Source of the DNA: an uncultured Pseudomonadota bacterium | GTDB taxonomy: Bacteria; Pseudomonadota; Alphaproteobacteria; Rs-D84; CACZYB01 | Length of the DNA stretch: 64,000 nt | Direction of reading: 5' to 3' | Assembly (NCBI GenBank): GCA_902785275.1 | Contig: CACZYB010000004.1 | Location: forward strand, 1-64,000 | Part shown: one piece after another, positions 35,333 through 45,694 of the stretch | Numbering within the stretch: position 1 is the stretch's first letter | How the letters are laid out: the number at the start of each line of letters is the position of its first letter | Notes under the pieces: model-generated | What the model was told of the DNA's origin: nothing | The model's input: only the letters and a program-made list of their open reading frames with translations | The model's database searches: none | Position numbers and translations under genes: made by a program

Positions 35333-36910
35333 TTATCTTTTTAATGAAGCTTTTTTTGTCTTTTTTGATTTCTTTTTGAAGATAGAGTATTTTTTCAAAT
35401 TGATTGTTGCAATGAAACCTAAAATACAAAATACTAAGAATGGAACGTTTCCTGTGCGGGAATAGATAGGTCGTTCAAGTCGTACAGGGATAAGAAAATC
35501 TTTTACTATTCCCTTAAAACCATCTTTTCCATCGATAATCTTTCCATCCAAAGTTTCACCTATTGCAGAGATAACACTTCCGCCGATATTACCGGCACTG
35601 TAATTTGGTACGCGGATAATAGGAAGACCTTCTTCTACGGCTCTGAATTTTGCAATTTCAAGGTGTTGAGCTTTACCAAATTCACCAAACCATGCATCAT
35701 TTGATATGTTTACTATTGCATCGGCTTCGTATGGTACGGAAAGACCGGTGAATACTATTTCATAACAGATAAGTGGTAAAAGCTTTATTTTTGAAAGTGA
35801 CATTATTTTACGATGTTCACCACTACTGAAATCCTTTAATCCATCAGTGAACTTTTTGAATGGAATATATTTTTTAAGTGGTATGTATTCACCAAATGGA
35901 ACAAGGTGTTGTTTGTCGTACATATAATTAATACCATTTTTATCAACCAAAGCCATGGTGTTATATACGTTATAGTCATCAGTTACTTCATTGAAATTGT
36001 CGTATCTGTTAAAACCGACGATAAGTGATGATTTTTCATTATTTATGTTTGCATATATAGTTTCATAATAGCCATTGTTTGAAAGATCATATGGGGATGA
36101 TGATTCAGAAAGTACGAATAAATCAATTTCTTTCCAACCATTTCTGTGGGCAAGCTTTTGATACTTTTCAATATTTTTTTTGGATGACATATATGGTTGT
36201 GGTATTCTTGCGTCGATAAGACGAACTTTTAAATCCGTGAACCCAAGATTTTTGTGGGTATAAATTCTCCACCAACCGAATAAAAGCGTTACTATTGTTA
36301 ATGATATTATCGAAATTCCATACCTGTTTTTGAATTCCTTTTTATAAAATATTAGGTACGGAGCAGATAAAATGTATACTGTTAAAAATGTAAGTCCGAA
36401 AGGACCGATAATACTTAATGATTGAAGTACAACAGGTATGTCCGACCATACAAGAGAGAATTGGTTCCATGGGAAACCTGTGAAAATCCAGCTTCGTATC
36501 CATTCGAAAAATGCGATGGAAAGTGCAAATACAAAATAGCGTTTTGAGTGTTCTGCTTTATATGTTATTACTCCTGAAAATTCGATAAATAATCCTAAGA
36601 ATGCGGAGAATATGAATAAAGATAATGGTGCTAATATTAAGAGTAATATTACATTTTCTGGGATAAAGAAAAATGGTTTCATTATCCAGTTGAATGAGAT
36701 GATGTAAGAGATTTCCGAAAGCCAAAACATACGTTTGAATGCTTGCTTCCCGCTGGTGGAAGAATCTATTTGTATAAGCATGTATGTTAGGTATATTGAA
36801 AGAAATAGGACCGATAGCCATGGATAATATACATCAAAAGGAGGATATACGAATCCTCCCAACAAACCAATAATAAAAAATATAAATTTATTATTTGTAA
36901 GGATTTGCAA
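35333..36910 (-). CDS. lnt: Apolipoprotein N-acyltransferase
   Basis: EWIRSWIFTGFPW, YDKQHLVPFGEYIP, PLICYE, SNDAWFG, RAVEEG. Confidence 0.95.
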   Translation of the reverse strand: MQILTNNKFIFFIIGLLGGFVYPPFDVYYPWLSVLFLSIYLTYMLIQIDSSTSGKQAFKRMFWLSEISYIISFNWIMKPFFFIPENVILLLILAPLSLFIFSAFLGLFIEFSGVITYKAEHSKRYFVFALSIAFFEWIRSWIFTGFPWNQFSLVWSDIPVVLQSLSIIGPFGLTFLTVYILSAPYLIFYKKEFKNRYGISIISLTIVTLLFGWWRIYTHKNLGFTDLKVRLIDARIPQPYMSSKKNIEKYQKLAHRNGWKEIDLFVLSESSSPYDLSNNGYYETIYANINNEKSSLIVGFNRYDNFNEVTDDYNVYNTMALVDKNGINYMYDKQHLVPFGEYIPLKKYIPFKKFTDGLKDFSSGEHRKIMSLSKIKLLPLICYEIVFTGLSVPYEADAIVNISNDAWFGEFGKAQHLEIAKFRAVEEGLPIIRVPNYSAGNIGGSVISAIGETLDGKIIDGKDGFKGIVKDFLIPVRLERPIYSRTGNVPFLVFCILGFIATINLKKYSIFKKKSKKTKKASLKR

Positions 36911-37361
36911 TTTTAAGTTCCTTTAATATTTCTATTTCAAAAAATTCCATTTCGTTTGCTTCATCTTCTTCTATATGATCAAAGCCAAGAAGGTGTAACA
37001 TTCCGTGACAAAGAAGATGTGCGTAATGATCGGATACTGTGATTTTTTGTTCCTTTGCTTCTTTTAATAATGTATCAATAGACATTACAATATCGCCAAG
37101 CAATATTTCATCACCGGTTTCAAATGAAAGAACATTTGTTGGTTTATTTTTTCCACGATATTCTTTGTTAAATATTTGAATTTCTTTATCGTTGGTAAGC
37201 ATTACATTAACTTCCATACCTTTTTTAATAGGATGTTTTATTTTTTTGAAAGTTTTTGCAATAACTTTATCAGAAAGTTTTTTTATATTAGGGATTTTGT
37301 TTTCCCATTTTTTACTTTTTGTTATGAAAGTAAGTTTTACCTTTGGTGTGAAAAAAAACAT
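36891..37361 (-). CDS. ybeY: rRNA maturation RNase YbeY
   Basis: YRGKNKPTNVLSF, LGDI, HGMLHLLGFDH. Confidence 0.96.
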   Translation of the reverse strand: MFFFTPKVKLTFITKSKKWENKIPNIKKLSDKVIAKTFKKIKHPIKKGMEVNVMLTNDKEIQIFNKEYRGKNKPTNVLSFETGDEILLGDIVMSIDTLLKEAKEQKITVSDHYAHLLCHGMLHLLGFDHIEEDEANEMEFFEIEILKELKIANPYK

Positions 37362-37362
37362 A

Positions 37363-37833
37363 TTATTTCTCCTGTGATTTTTTAAATTGTTCGATACCTA
37401 TTTCAATCATTTCTGTGATATTAACAGAATCTTGGGCAAATTCAAACTCGTCACCATTTTTCATATAATCCATACTTCCACCAGGAAGAACTGCAATATA
37501 TTTTGCACCAATCAAACCATCAGTATATATTGCAACAGAGCTATCATCAGGAATTTGAATATTGTTTTGAATTTGCATGTAAACCTTTACTGAAAAATCA
37601 GGTAAAAGTTCCAATTTCGATACTGTACCAACATCAACACCAGAAAGACGGACAAAAGCACCAGATTTAAGTTCATCTGTGTGCTTTATATCTGCGGTAA
37701 TGGTGTAAAAGTTGTCTTTTTTTAATACTTTGAAATAGCTATATAATTTGGCAACAGCAAAAAATACTAAGAAATAAACAACGATTGATGAAGTTATCTT
37801 TTTTACTTTTTGATTGAACTTTTTTTTGTTCAT
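37363..37833 (-). CDS. mlaD: MlaD/MCE family protein
   Basis: N-terminal TM; VRLSGVDVGTV, IPDDS, GLIGAKYI..PGG. Confidence 0.88.
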   Translation of the reverse strand: MNKKKFNQKVKKITSSIVVYFLVFFAVAKLYSYFKVLKKDNFYTITADIKHTDELKSGAFVRLSGVDVGTVSKLELLPDFSVKVYMQIQNNIQIPDDSSVAIYTDGLIGAKYIAVLPGGSMDYMKNGDEFEFAQDSVNITEMIEIGIEQFKKSQEK

Positions 37834-37854
37834 GTTGCCACCTTATAATTTATC

Positions 37855-39228
37855 TTATATATATTTAAAAAAGTTTGATATGTAGTTTAAAACTTCGGAT
37901 ACAGGAAGTCTTATCTGACTCATAGTATCACGGTCACGAATTGTTACTGTTTCTGGTTCTTTTTCTAAAGTTTCGAAATCAACAGTAATGCAAATAGGTG
38001 TACCGATTTCATCGTGTTTACGGTAAGCTTTACCTACATTTCCGGATGTTTCAAGAACAACCTTTCCAATACCAAGCATTTTGATTTTTTGTTGGATAGT
38101 TTTTGCCTTTTCCATAAGTTGTTCATTGTTTTTTGCAAGAGGCAAAACTGCAACTTTTACAGGTGCAAGGTGTGGTTTTAATTTTAAAAGAATTCGTTTA
38201 TCTCCGTTTTCAAGTTCTTCTTCGGTATATGCTTCGTTTAAAATTGCAAGCATACCACGATCAACACCAGCAGATGGTTCAATTACGTAAGGAACATAAG
38301 TTTCTTTTGTATATGGATCTGTGTATGAAAGTTTTGCAGAAGAATCTTTGTTTTCCAAAACGTGCGCATGAACACCCAAACCTTCAGCATCTTTTGTGTG
38401 TGAACCAAGGTCAAAATCAGTTCTGTTTGCAATACCTTCAAGTTCTTCTAAACCATGAGGGAATTGGTAAACGATATCTGTACATGCCTTTGCATAGTGT
38501 GCCAAGTCAGATTTTTCATGTACTTCGAATTTAAGATTTTCTTCTGATAGACCTTGTTTAAGCCACCATTTGCGACGTTCAGTAATCCAATATTCATGAC
38601 ATTTTTCATCTTCACCTGGTTTTACGAAAAATTCAGCTTCCATTTGTTCAAATTCACGAACGCGGAAAATAAAGTTTCCAGGTGTGATTTCGTTTCTGAA
38701 TGATTTTCCGATTTGTGCGATACCAAAAGGAACCTTTTTTGATGTAGAATCAAGTACGTTTTTGAAATTACAGAAAATACCTTGGGCTGTTTCTGGTCTT
38801 AAATAACCATAGGAATTTTCATCAACAACTGGACCAATATTCACCTTCATCATAAGGTTGAAATCACGAGGTTCAGTTAAATTTTTTGAACCGCAGAAAT
38901 CACAAACACCAGGAGTTTTAAGCTTATCTGCACGCATTCTTTGTTTGCAATCTTTACAATCAACAAGAGGGTCAGTAAAAGTACTTTCGTGTCCGGAATG
39001 TTTGAAAACAAGTTTGTTTGAAAGAACGGCACTGTCAAGCCCTTCGAAATCATCTCTATCAAAAACAAAAGCTTTCCACCATGCCTTTTTAAGGTTATTT
39101 TTGAGTTCAACACCCAAAGGACCGTAGTCATAAGTTCCCTTTAATCCACCATAAATTTCGCCACTTGGGAAAACAAAACCACGACGTTTGCAAAGAGAAA
39201 CTAAATCATTCATATTTTTTGCAACCAT
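37855..39228 (-). CDS. glyQS: Glycine--tRNA ligase, homodimeric (alpha2) type
   Basis: [53 protein letters not shown]; RBS GAGGT before ATG 39228. Confidence 0.95.
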   Translation of the reverse strand: MVAKNMNDLVSLCKRRGFVFPSGEIYGGLKGTYDYGPLGVELKNNLKKAWWKAFVFDRDDFEGLDSAVLSNKLVFKHSGHESTFTDPLVDCKDCKQRMRADKLKTPGVCDFCGSKNLTEPRDFNLMMKVNIGPVVDENSYGYLRPETAQGIFCNFKNVLDSTSKKVPFGIAQIGKSFRNEITPGNFIFRVREFEQMEAEFFVKPGEDEKCHEYWITERRKWWLKQGLSEENLKFEVHEKSDLAHYAKACTDIVYQFPHGLEELEGIANRTDFDLGSHTKDAEGLGVHAHVLENKDSSAKLSYTDPYTKETYVPYVIEPSAGVDRGMLAILNEAYTEEELENGDKRILLKLKPHLAPVKVAVLPLAKNNEQLMEKAKTIQQKIKMLGIGKVVLETSGNVGKAYRKHDEIGTPICITVDFETLEKEPETVTIRDRDTMSQIRLPVSEVLNYISNFFKYI

Positions 39229-39396
39229 AATAAACCTCATTATAATGTTAAATTGACTGTTATAAAATACATCATTAATATTGAAGTTTCAAGGGTTATT
39301 TTGCTAAAATAAAAAATAGCTAAAATACAAGAAAAGAGCCTTTACAAATCAAAGTTTTTAGCATATCATATTATTTATTAATTATGAGGATTGTAA

Positions 39397-41571
39397 ATGA
39401 AGACAAAAGCTGATTTAGTAGAGGCCGTTAAAAAATATATTCCAGATTTAAAAACTTCGGAGAAAGCAAGACTTGAGCTTGCGTATACATTTGCACAGGA
39501 AAAACATGCAGGGCAAAAACGTGCAAGTGGCGAAGATTATTTTACCCATCCGTTACAGGTTGCATTTATTGCTGCGGAGGAGTATGAACTTGACGTGGAC
39601 TCTATTATTGCGGCTCTTCTTCATGATGTGGTGGAAGATACAGAAACCTCAGTAAAAACAATACAAAATTTGTTTGGTGATGATGTGGCGGAGCTTGTTA
39701 CTGGACTTACTAAACTTCGTTCTATTAAGATTACTTCGAAAAAGATTTTGAAGGCTGAGAATTACAGAAATTTTGTTATTTCTGTTTCAAAAGATATTAG
39801 GGTTTTGATTATAAAACTTATTGATAGATACCATAATATTTCAACACTTCAATATCATCCAACACAGGAAAAACGAAGCAGAATTGCTTTGGAAACTTTG
39901 ACAATTTATGTACCTCTTGCTGAACGTATGGGTATGGAAAAGTTGAAAAGTTTTATGGAAAATGTTTGTTTTAAAGAACTTTATCCTCAGGAATATCATT
40001 TTATAGAAGAAAAGTTGGAATCCTTAAGAAAGTCTGGTACTAACTTAATTGAACCTATTGTTGATGAACTTAGTGATTTAACAACAAATCATAAAATTCG
40101 TGCCCAAATATATGGACGTGAGAAAACTCCGTATTCTATTTGGAAAAAGATGACAAACAAAAACATCACTTTTGATGAAATTTTTGATATTATTGCCTTT
40201 AGATTTATTGTTGAAACAGTAGAAGATTGTTATAAGGTTTTGGGTATGATTCATTCTACATACAAAATGATACCAAACAGATTTAAAGATTATATTTCAA
40301 CACCAAAGCCAAATAAGTATCAATCTTTGCATACCAGTGTTATTGGACCTGCGGGAAAAAGAATCGAAATTCAGATAAGAACAAAGGAAATGGATAAGGT
40401 TGCACAATATGGTTATGCTGCACACTGGCTTTATAAACAAGGAAAGACAGATACTACATCAAAAGATTTTGATTGGTTAAGAAATATGGTTAATGCGATA
40501 CAACATGTTTCTTCACCGGATGAAATTGTGGAAAATACAAAGCTTTCTGCATTTATTGATTCAATATTCTGTTTTACACCGAATGGTGATTTGTTGGCAC
40601 TTCCTATTGGTGCGACTGCATTGGATTTTGCATATGAAATTCATTCTAATATTGGAAATCACTGTGTCGGTGCAAAGATAAATAAAGTTATAAAAAATAT
40701 TCGTACACCACTTAAAACTGGTGATATGGTTGAAATTTTAACTTCAAAGACGCAATCTCCATCTCCGGAATGGGAGAGATTTGTTGTTACATTGAAAGCA
40801 AAGAATGCGATAAAACATTTCTTGAAATTACAACATAAACAACAGACAATTTTGTTTGGAAAACAACTTTTGCAAACATCGTTTAATCATTATAAAAAGG
40901 ATTTTAGTGAAAAGAAATTAAGTCTTATTTTGGGTAAGTATGGTGCATCAAATGTTGATGATTTGTATTTGCTTATTGGTTCACGTGAGTATACTCCGGA
41001 TCATGTTATTTTCTCGCTTTATCCAGATTTGAAAGTATCAGAAAATAAAAATGTTTTTGATGTGGATTCATTCTTTGATGCAATTGAAAAAAATACTTTT
41101 GAAAAGCTTAAACAAAAGGTTCAAGTTTCATCAAAAACTATGGCGAATATTCCTGTGTATTTTGCAAGATGTTGTCTTCCGGTTCCTGGTGATGAAATTA
41201 TTGGTGTTATTCATACGGGAAAGGGATTTACTATTCACAAGAAAGATTGTAAGAATTTACGAAAGTTTGAAAGTACACCTGAAAAATTGTTCCATCTTGA
41301 TTGGAATGATTATAGTGCTCTTCAAGACTCTACATTTAAAACAAAACTTTCTATACTTGCGAAAAATTCGCCGGGTGTTTTGAATGAAATTACTTCGATT
41401 TTGGCAAAGGAAAATGCAAACATTGAAGATATCCGTGTTATAAGTAGGACAGAAGAATATATGGATATAATGTTTGTTATTGATGTGAAGGATTTGGAGC
41501 ATTTAAACAATATTATTACTAATTTGAAAAATGCAAAAATGATTAATACAGTTATTAAATATAATGGATAG
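39397..41571 (+). CDS. spoT: Bifunctional (p)ppGpp synthetase/hydrolase (RelA/SpoT homolog)
   Basis: HAGQKRASG, LLHDVVED, FKDYISTPKPNKYQSLHT, EIQIRT; TGS, zinc-finger and ACT domains. Confidence 0.95.
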   Translation: MKTKADLVEAVKKYIPDLKTSEKARLELAYTFAQEKHAGQKRASGEDYFTHPLQVAFIAAEEYELDVDSIIAALLHDVVEDTETSVKTIQNLFGDDVAELVTGLTKLRSIKITSKKILKAENYRNFVISVSKDIRVLIIKLIDRYHNISTLQYHPTQEKRSRIALETLTIYVPLAERMGMEKLKSFMENVCFKELYPQEYHFIEEKLESLRKSGTNLIEPIVDELSDLTTNHKIRAQIYGREKTPYSIWKKMTNKNITFDEIFDIIAFRFIVETVEDCYKVLGMIHSTYKMIPNRFKDYISTPKPNKYQSLHTSVIGPAGKRIEIQIRTKEMDKVAQYGYAAHWLYKQGKTDTTSKDFDWLRNMVNAIQHVSSPDEIVENTKLSAFIDSIFCFTPNGDLLALPIGATALDFAYEIHSNIGNHCVGAKINKVIKNIRTPLKTGDMVEILTSKTQSPSPEWERFVVTLKAKNAIKHFLKLQHKQQTILFGKQLLQTSFNHYKKDFSEKKLSLILGKYGASNVDDLYLLIGSREYTPDHVIFSLYPDLKVSENKNVFDVDSFFDAIEKNTFEKLKQKVQVSSKTMANIPVYFARCCLPVPGDEIIGVIHTGKGFTIHKKDCKNLRKFESTPEKLFHLDWNDYSALQDSTFKTKLSILAKNSPGVLNEITSILAKENANIEDIRVISRTEEYMDIMFVIDVKDLEHLNNIITNLKNAKMINTVIKYNG

Positions 41572-41574
41572 AAA

Positions 41575-43281
41575 ATGCTTACTAATTTAGTTATTAAAAA
41601 TTTTATTTTGATTGAAAGTTTGGAACTTTCGTTTGGTCATAAACTTACTGTTTTAACTGGTGAAACCGGTGCTGGAAAGTCGATACTCCTTGATGCAGTT
41701 TCGTTTGCCTTAGGTGCGAGAAGTGATACTTCTATGATAAAAAATGGAAGTGATTCAATGTCCGTTATTGCAAGTTTTGATGTGTTAAAAACTCATCCTT
41801 CGATAAAGCTTTTGCTTGAAAATGAAATTATTTCACAAAGTGAAGTTGGTGAAAGTTTTGAAATAATACTTCGCCGAACATTAAATAAAGATGGAAAGAA
41901 TAAGGCATATATAAATGATATTCCAGTAAGTCTTTCTATATTAAAACTTATTGGTGATACATTGATTGAAATTCATGGTCAGTTTGATAATCAAAGTTTA
42001 CTTAATCCAGCAACACATCTTGGTATTTTGGATAATTTTGCGCATGATTATAATTTGAAAGAAGAGTGTAAACTTGCCTATCAAAAGTGGCAAAAAAGTA
42101 AAAAAGAATTGGCAGAGATAGAAGCAAATTTTGCAAAGGCAAAGGAAGATGAAGATTACCTTAAACATAATCTTTCTGAACTTGAAGCATTAAATCCACA
42201 AAAGGGTGAGGAAGAAGAGCTTAATAATAAAAGACATATTTTGATGAATTCGGAAAAGATTATTACTTCTATTAAGGATGCGTTTGAATATCTTTCAAAG
42301 TATGGTGATGAACCGGAAAAATTTGTTTCCAATGCGTGCTATGCTTTGGAAAGAATTCCGGATGATGCAAAAAATGAAAATATAAAAGTTATTGTTTCCG
42401 AGCTTGATAATGTTGTGTCGAATATTTCTGATGCGTATGAAAGATTAGGACAGATACTTTCTGAAAATGATGGTGATACATCGACATTGGAAAAAACAGA
42501 AGAAAGACTTTTTTCTATTAGAGAGTTGTCTCGTAAGCACAAGGTTAGTCCGGATGAGCTTCCTGAATTTATGGCAAACTTGAAACATACTGTTGATAAT
42601 ATAAATAATTCAGATGAAGTTTTGAAAGAAAAAAGACAGCAGACAGAGAAAGCTAAGGAAGATTATTTGGTTATTGCGAATAAACTTTCGGATGTTCGTT
42701 CAGAGTATGGTAAAATGTTGAGTAATAAGGTTATGATGGAGCTTCCTCCACTTAAGCTTGAAAAAGCAACATTTGAAGTTGTTGTTTCACGTGAAACAGA
42801 TGAAAATAAATACTCGGCAAATGGTATTGATAATGTTTGCTTTATGGGGTCAACAAATTTTGGTGCGACAAAGAACTATATTCACAAGATTGCATCTGGT
42901 GGTGAACTTGCCAGATTTACTTTGGCGATAAAGGTTGTGATTTCTGATGCTTCGGTTATTTCATCAATGATCTTTGATGAGGTGGATACAGGTATAAGTG
43001 GTGCGACTGCATCAGCTGTTGGTGAACGTTTGGCAAGACTTTCAAAATCAATACAGATACTTGTTGTTACTCATTCACCACAGGTTGCTTCGTTTGGAAA
43101 TCATCATTTCAAGGTTTCAAAATATTTTGATGAAGATAAAAATGCAACTATTACTTCTGTGGAGCAACTTTCTGAACCACAGAGAGTGAATGAAATTGCT
43201 CGAATTATTTCTGGGGATAAAATTACTCCGGAAGCAGTTAGTGCAGCGGAAAAATTGTTTATAACTTCAATAAAGGCATAG
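41575..43281 (+). CDS. recN: DNA repair protein RecN
   Basis: TGETGAGKS, EIHGQFD, ASGGELAR, FDEVDTG, VTHSPQVA. Confidence 0.97.
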   Translation: MLTNLVIKNFILIESLELSFGHKLTVLTGETGAGKSILLDAVSFALGARSDTSMIKNGSDSMSVIASFDVLKTHPSIKLLLENEIISQSEVGESFEIILRRTLNKDGKNKAYINDIPVSLSILKLIGDTLIEIHGQFDNQSLLNPATHLGILDNFAHDYNLKEECKLAYQKWQKSKKELAEIEANFAKAKEDEDYLKHNLSELEALNPQKGEEEELNNKRHILMNSEKIITSIKDAFEYLSKYGDEPEKFVSNACYALERIPDDAKNENIKVIVSELDNVVSNISDAYERLGQILSENDGDTSTLEKTEERLFSIRELSRKHKVSPDELPEFMANLKHTVDNINNSDEVLKEKRQQTEKAKEDYLVIANKLSDVRSEYGKMLSNKVMMELPPLKLEKATFEVVVSRETDENKYSANGIDNVCFMGSTNFGATKNYIHKIASGGELARFTLAIKVVISDASVISSMIFDEVDTGISGATASAVGERLARLSKSIQILVVTHSPQVASFGNHHFKVSKYFDEDKNATITSVEQLSEPQRVNEIARIISGDKITPEAVSAAEKLFITSIKA

Positions 43282-43291
43282 GGAGAAAAAT

Positions 43292-44737
43292 ATGAATATT
43301 AATTTCACATCGGATATAGAAAAAAATTATGATGCAATAATTTTGGGTGTTTATGAAAATTCAAAGCTTTCAAAATTAACAGAAAATTTTGAAAAAAAAC
43401 TTGGCGGTATTATTTCTAAGACAATTAAAAATTCAAAATTTAAGGGAAATGTTGGTGATGTGGTTGATATTTTCTCTGAAAAGATAATTTTGGTTGGCCT
43501 TGGTAAAGAAGCTGAACTTGATGATATTGTATTACATAAGATTGGTGGAATTATTGGTTCTCATGTAACAAAAGAAAAGAAAGAAAATGTTTTGTTGATG
43601 CTTGATAATTTTGCAGATGAGAAAAATTTTGCAATTATTTATGGTGCAATGTTAAAGACATATAGATTTGATAAATATAAAACTGTTGATGATGAAAAGA
43701 AAACAGAAATTTTATTTAATGTATATTCACAAAATCCAAAGAAATCAAAAGATGATTTTTCGGATGTGTCGGCGGTTATTGATGGTGTGATTACAACACG
43801 TGATTTGGCAAACGAACCATCAAATGTTTTAAGTACAACTGCCCTTGCAAAGGAAGCAAAAAAACTTTCAAAATTAGGAATTAAGGTTGAAGTGATTGAT
43901 GCAAAAGAACTTGAAAAAATGGGGGCAAATCTTATTTTGGCTGTTGGTGCAGGTTCGAAAAATCCACCTTATATTGTTGTGATGAAATATACTGGAAATA
44001 AGAAATCAAAAAATACTGTTGCTTTGGTTGGAAAGGGGCTTTGCTTTGATAGTGGTGGAATTTCTCTTAAACCATCAAGAGGTATGGATGAAATGAAAAG
44101 CGATATGACTGGTGCTGCAACAGTTATTGGAATTATGGAAAGTATTGCAAAAAGAAATATGAATATAAATGTTACCGGTGTTATTGGGCTTGCTGAAAAT
44201 ATGCCTGATGGTGCTTCGTATAAACCTGGAGATATTGTAAAGTCATTAAGTGGAAAGACGGTTGAAGTTTTGGATACCGATGCGGAAGGTCGTCTTGTTC
44301 TTGCGGATTGTTTGACATATACAGTTAGAAATATTAAGCCAAAATTCGTTATGGATTTTGCGACATTGACTGGTGCGGTTATGGTTGCATTGGGTGAAGA
44401 AACAACAGGAATCTTTTCAAATGATGAAAAGCTGGTTGATATGGTAAAAACTGCATCACAAAAAACAGGGGAAGATGTATGGCAACTTCCACTTGGTAAA
44501 AAATTTGCTGATATGATAAAGTCAGATATTGCAGATGTTAAAAATCTTGGTGCTCCTGAAAGATATGCTGGCTCTATTACTGCGGCAGAATTTTTAAAGG
44601 TTTTTGTTGAAGGTACACCATGGATTCATTTTGATATTGCAGGTACTGCATGGGTGAATAAAGAAAATGATATTGCTCCAAAGGGAATGAGTGGTGTTTG
44701 TGTTGCTCTTATAAATAAACTTTTTGAAAATTTGTAA
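43292..44737 (+). CDS. pepA: Leucyl aminopeptidase (M17)
   Basis: VGKGLCFDSGG, MKSDM, DTDAEGRLVLAD, ATLTGA, WIHFDIAG. Confidence 0.95.
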   Translation: MNINFTSDIEKNYDAIILGVYENSKLSKLTENFEKKLGGIISKTIKNSKFKGNVGDVVDIFSEKIILVGLGKEAELDDIVLHKIGGIIGSHVTKEKKENVLLMLDNFADEKNFAIIYGAMLKTYRFDKYKTVDDEKKTEILFNVYSQNPKKSKDDFSDVSAVIDGVITTRDLANEPSNVLSTTALAKEAKKLSKLGIKVEVIDAKELEKMGANLILAVGAGSKNPPYIVVMKYTGNKKSKNTVALVGKGLCFDSGGISLKPSRGMDEMKSDMTGAATVIGIMESIAKRNMNINVTGVIGLAENMPDGASYKPGDIVKSLSGKTVEVLDTDAEGRLVLADCLTYTVRNIKPKFVMDFATLTGAVMVALGEETTGIFSNDEKLVDMVKTASQKTGEDVWQLPLGKKFADMIKSDIADVKNLGAPERYAGSITAAEFLKVFVEGTPWIHFDIAGTAWVNKENDIAPKGMSGVCVALINKLFENL

Positions 44738-44755
44738 AAAGTTTTGTTGTAAATG

Positions 44756-44787
44756 AAAAAGCTGGACTATTAAATCCAGCTTTTTTT
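44756..44787. terminator. Bidirectional intrinsic terminator between pepA and dksA
   Basis: aaaaagctgga-ctattaaa-tccagcttttttt. Confidence 0.8.
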
Positions 44788-44807
44788 GTTTTTATTTTAT
44801 GCAAAAA

Positions 44808-45260
44808 TTATTTGCTGTAAAGCTTTTCTTTTGCTTCGTGTTCTTCCTGTGCTTCCACAGTCATAGTTGCAACAGGACGTGCTTCAAGTCTTTTAAGACC
44901 GATTGGTTCATCAGTGATTTCACAGTAACCGAATGTACCGTTTTCAATTCTTTGAAGTGCAGCATCGATTTTTGAAATTACTTTTCTTTCACGATCACGT
45001 GTACGAAGTTCAAGTTGTTTTAATGCTTCATCATTAGCGCGGTCAATATCATCGCCGGCAGTGGAGTAAGTACCGGAAGTTTCTTCAACCAAAGTTTTTC
45101 TTGCATTTTCACTTCCTTGTAAAAGCTCGTTTTTCCAATCAAGGAGTTTTTTACGGAAATATGCAAGTTGCATAGGGTTCATATATTCTTCTTTTTCAGA
45201 AGGTTTGTATCCTTCAGGAAGAACTATTTCATCTAGTATTTTTTTCATATCTTTGGTCAT
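44808..45260 (-). CDS. dksA: RNA polymerase-binding factor DksA
   Basis: EEYMNPMQLAYFR, DxxDxA tip (DDIDRA), LRTRDRERK, IGLKRLEARP. Confidence 0.95.
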   Translation of the reverse strand: MTKDMKKILDEIVLPEGYKPSEKEEYMNPMQLAYFRKKLLDWKNELLQGSENARKTLVEETSGTYSTAGDDIDRANDEALKQLELRTRDRERKVISKIDAALQRIENGTFGYCEITDEPIGLKRLEARPVATMTVEAQEEHEAKEKLYSK

Positions 45261-45291
45261 AGTAGACCTCCTTTCATTTTCCTTTTTTTAA

Positions 45292-45612
45292 TTAAAGGTT
45301 TGCATTTATGAAGTCAGTCAATGCTTTCTTTGACATAGAGCCACTGTTGCTTGCCACAACTTCACCGTTTTTAAATATAATGATAGTAGGAATACCTGTA
45401 ATACCATATTTTGCAGGTGTTTCTCTTCCTTCATCAACATTCATTTTGCAGAATTTTACCTTTTCACCCATTTCGTTTGATACTTCTTCTACTACTGGTA
45501 AAAATTGTCTGCATGGACCACACCATTGAGCCCAAAAGTCAACTAAAACAACCTTATCAGATTTTAAAACTTCTGTTTCAAAATTTGTATCATTTACTGC
45601 TGTGAATGCCAT
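45292..45612 (-). CDS. trxA: Thioredoxin
   Basis: VDFWAQWCGPC. Confidence 0.97.
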   Translation of the reverse strand: MAFTAVNDTNFETEVLKSDKVVLVDFWAQWCGPCRQFLPVVEEVSNEMGEKVKFCKMNVDEGRETPAKYGITGIPTIIIFKNGEVVASNSGSMSKKALTDFINANL

Positions 45613-45694
45613 ATTTTTTCTCCTTGTTTATTTGTTTTAAGTGTATTATATTATATAGTAACTTTTATTAAAAAAGCAATAGGTATATTTTGTT

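Noticed and set aside
44808-45260. DksA with one Cys instead of a four-Cys zinc finger
   Set aside because: Zinc-independent DksA is normal in Alphaproteobacteria
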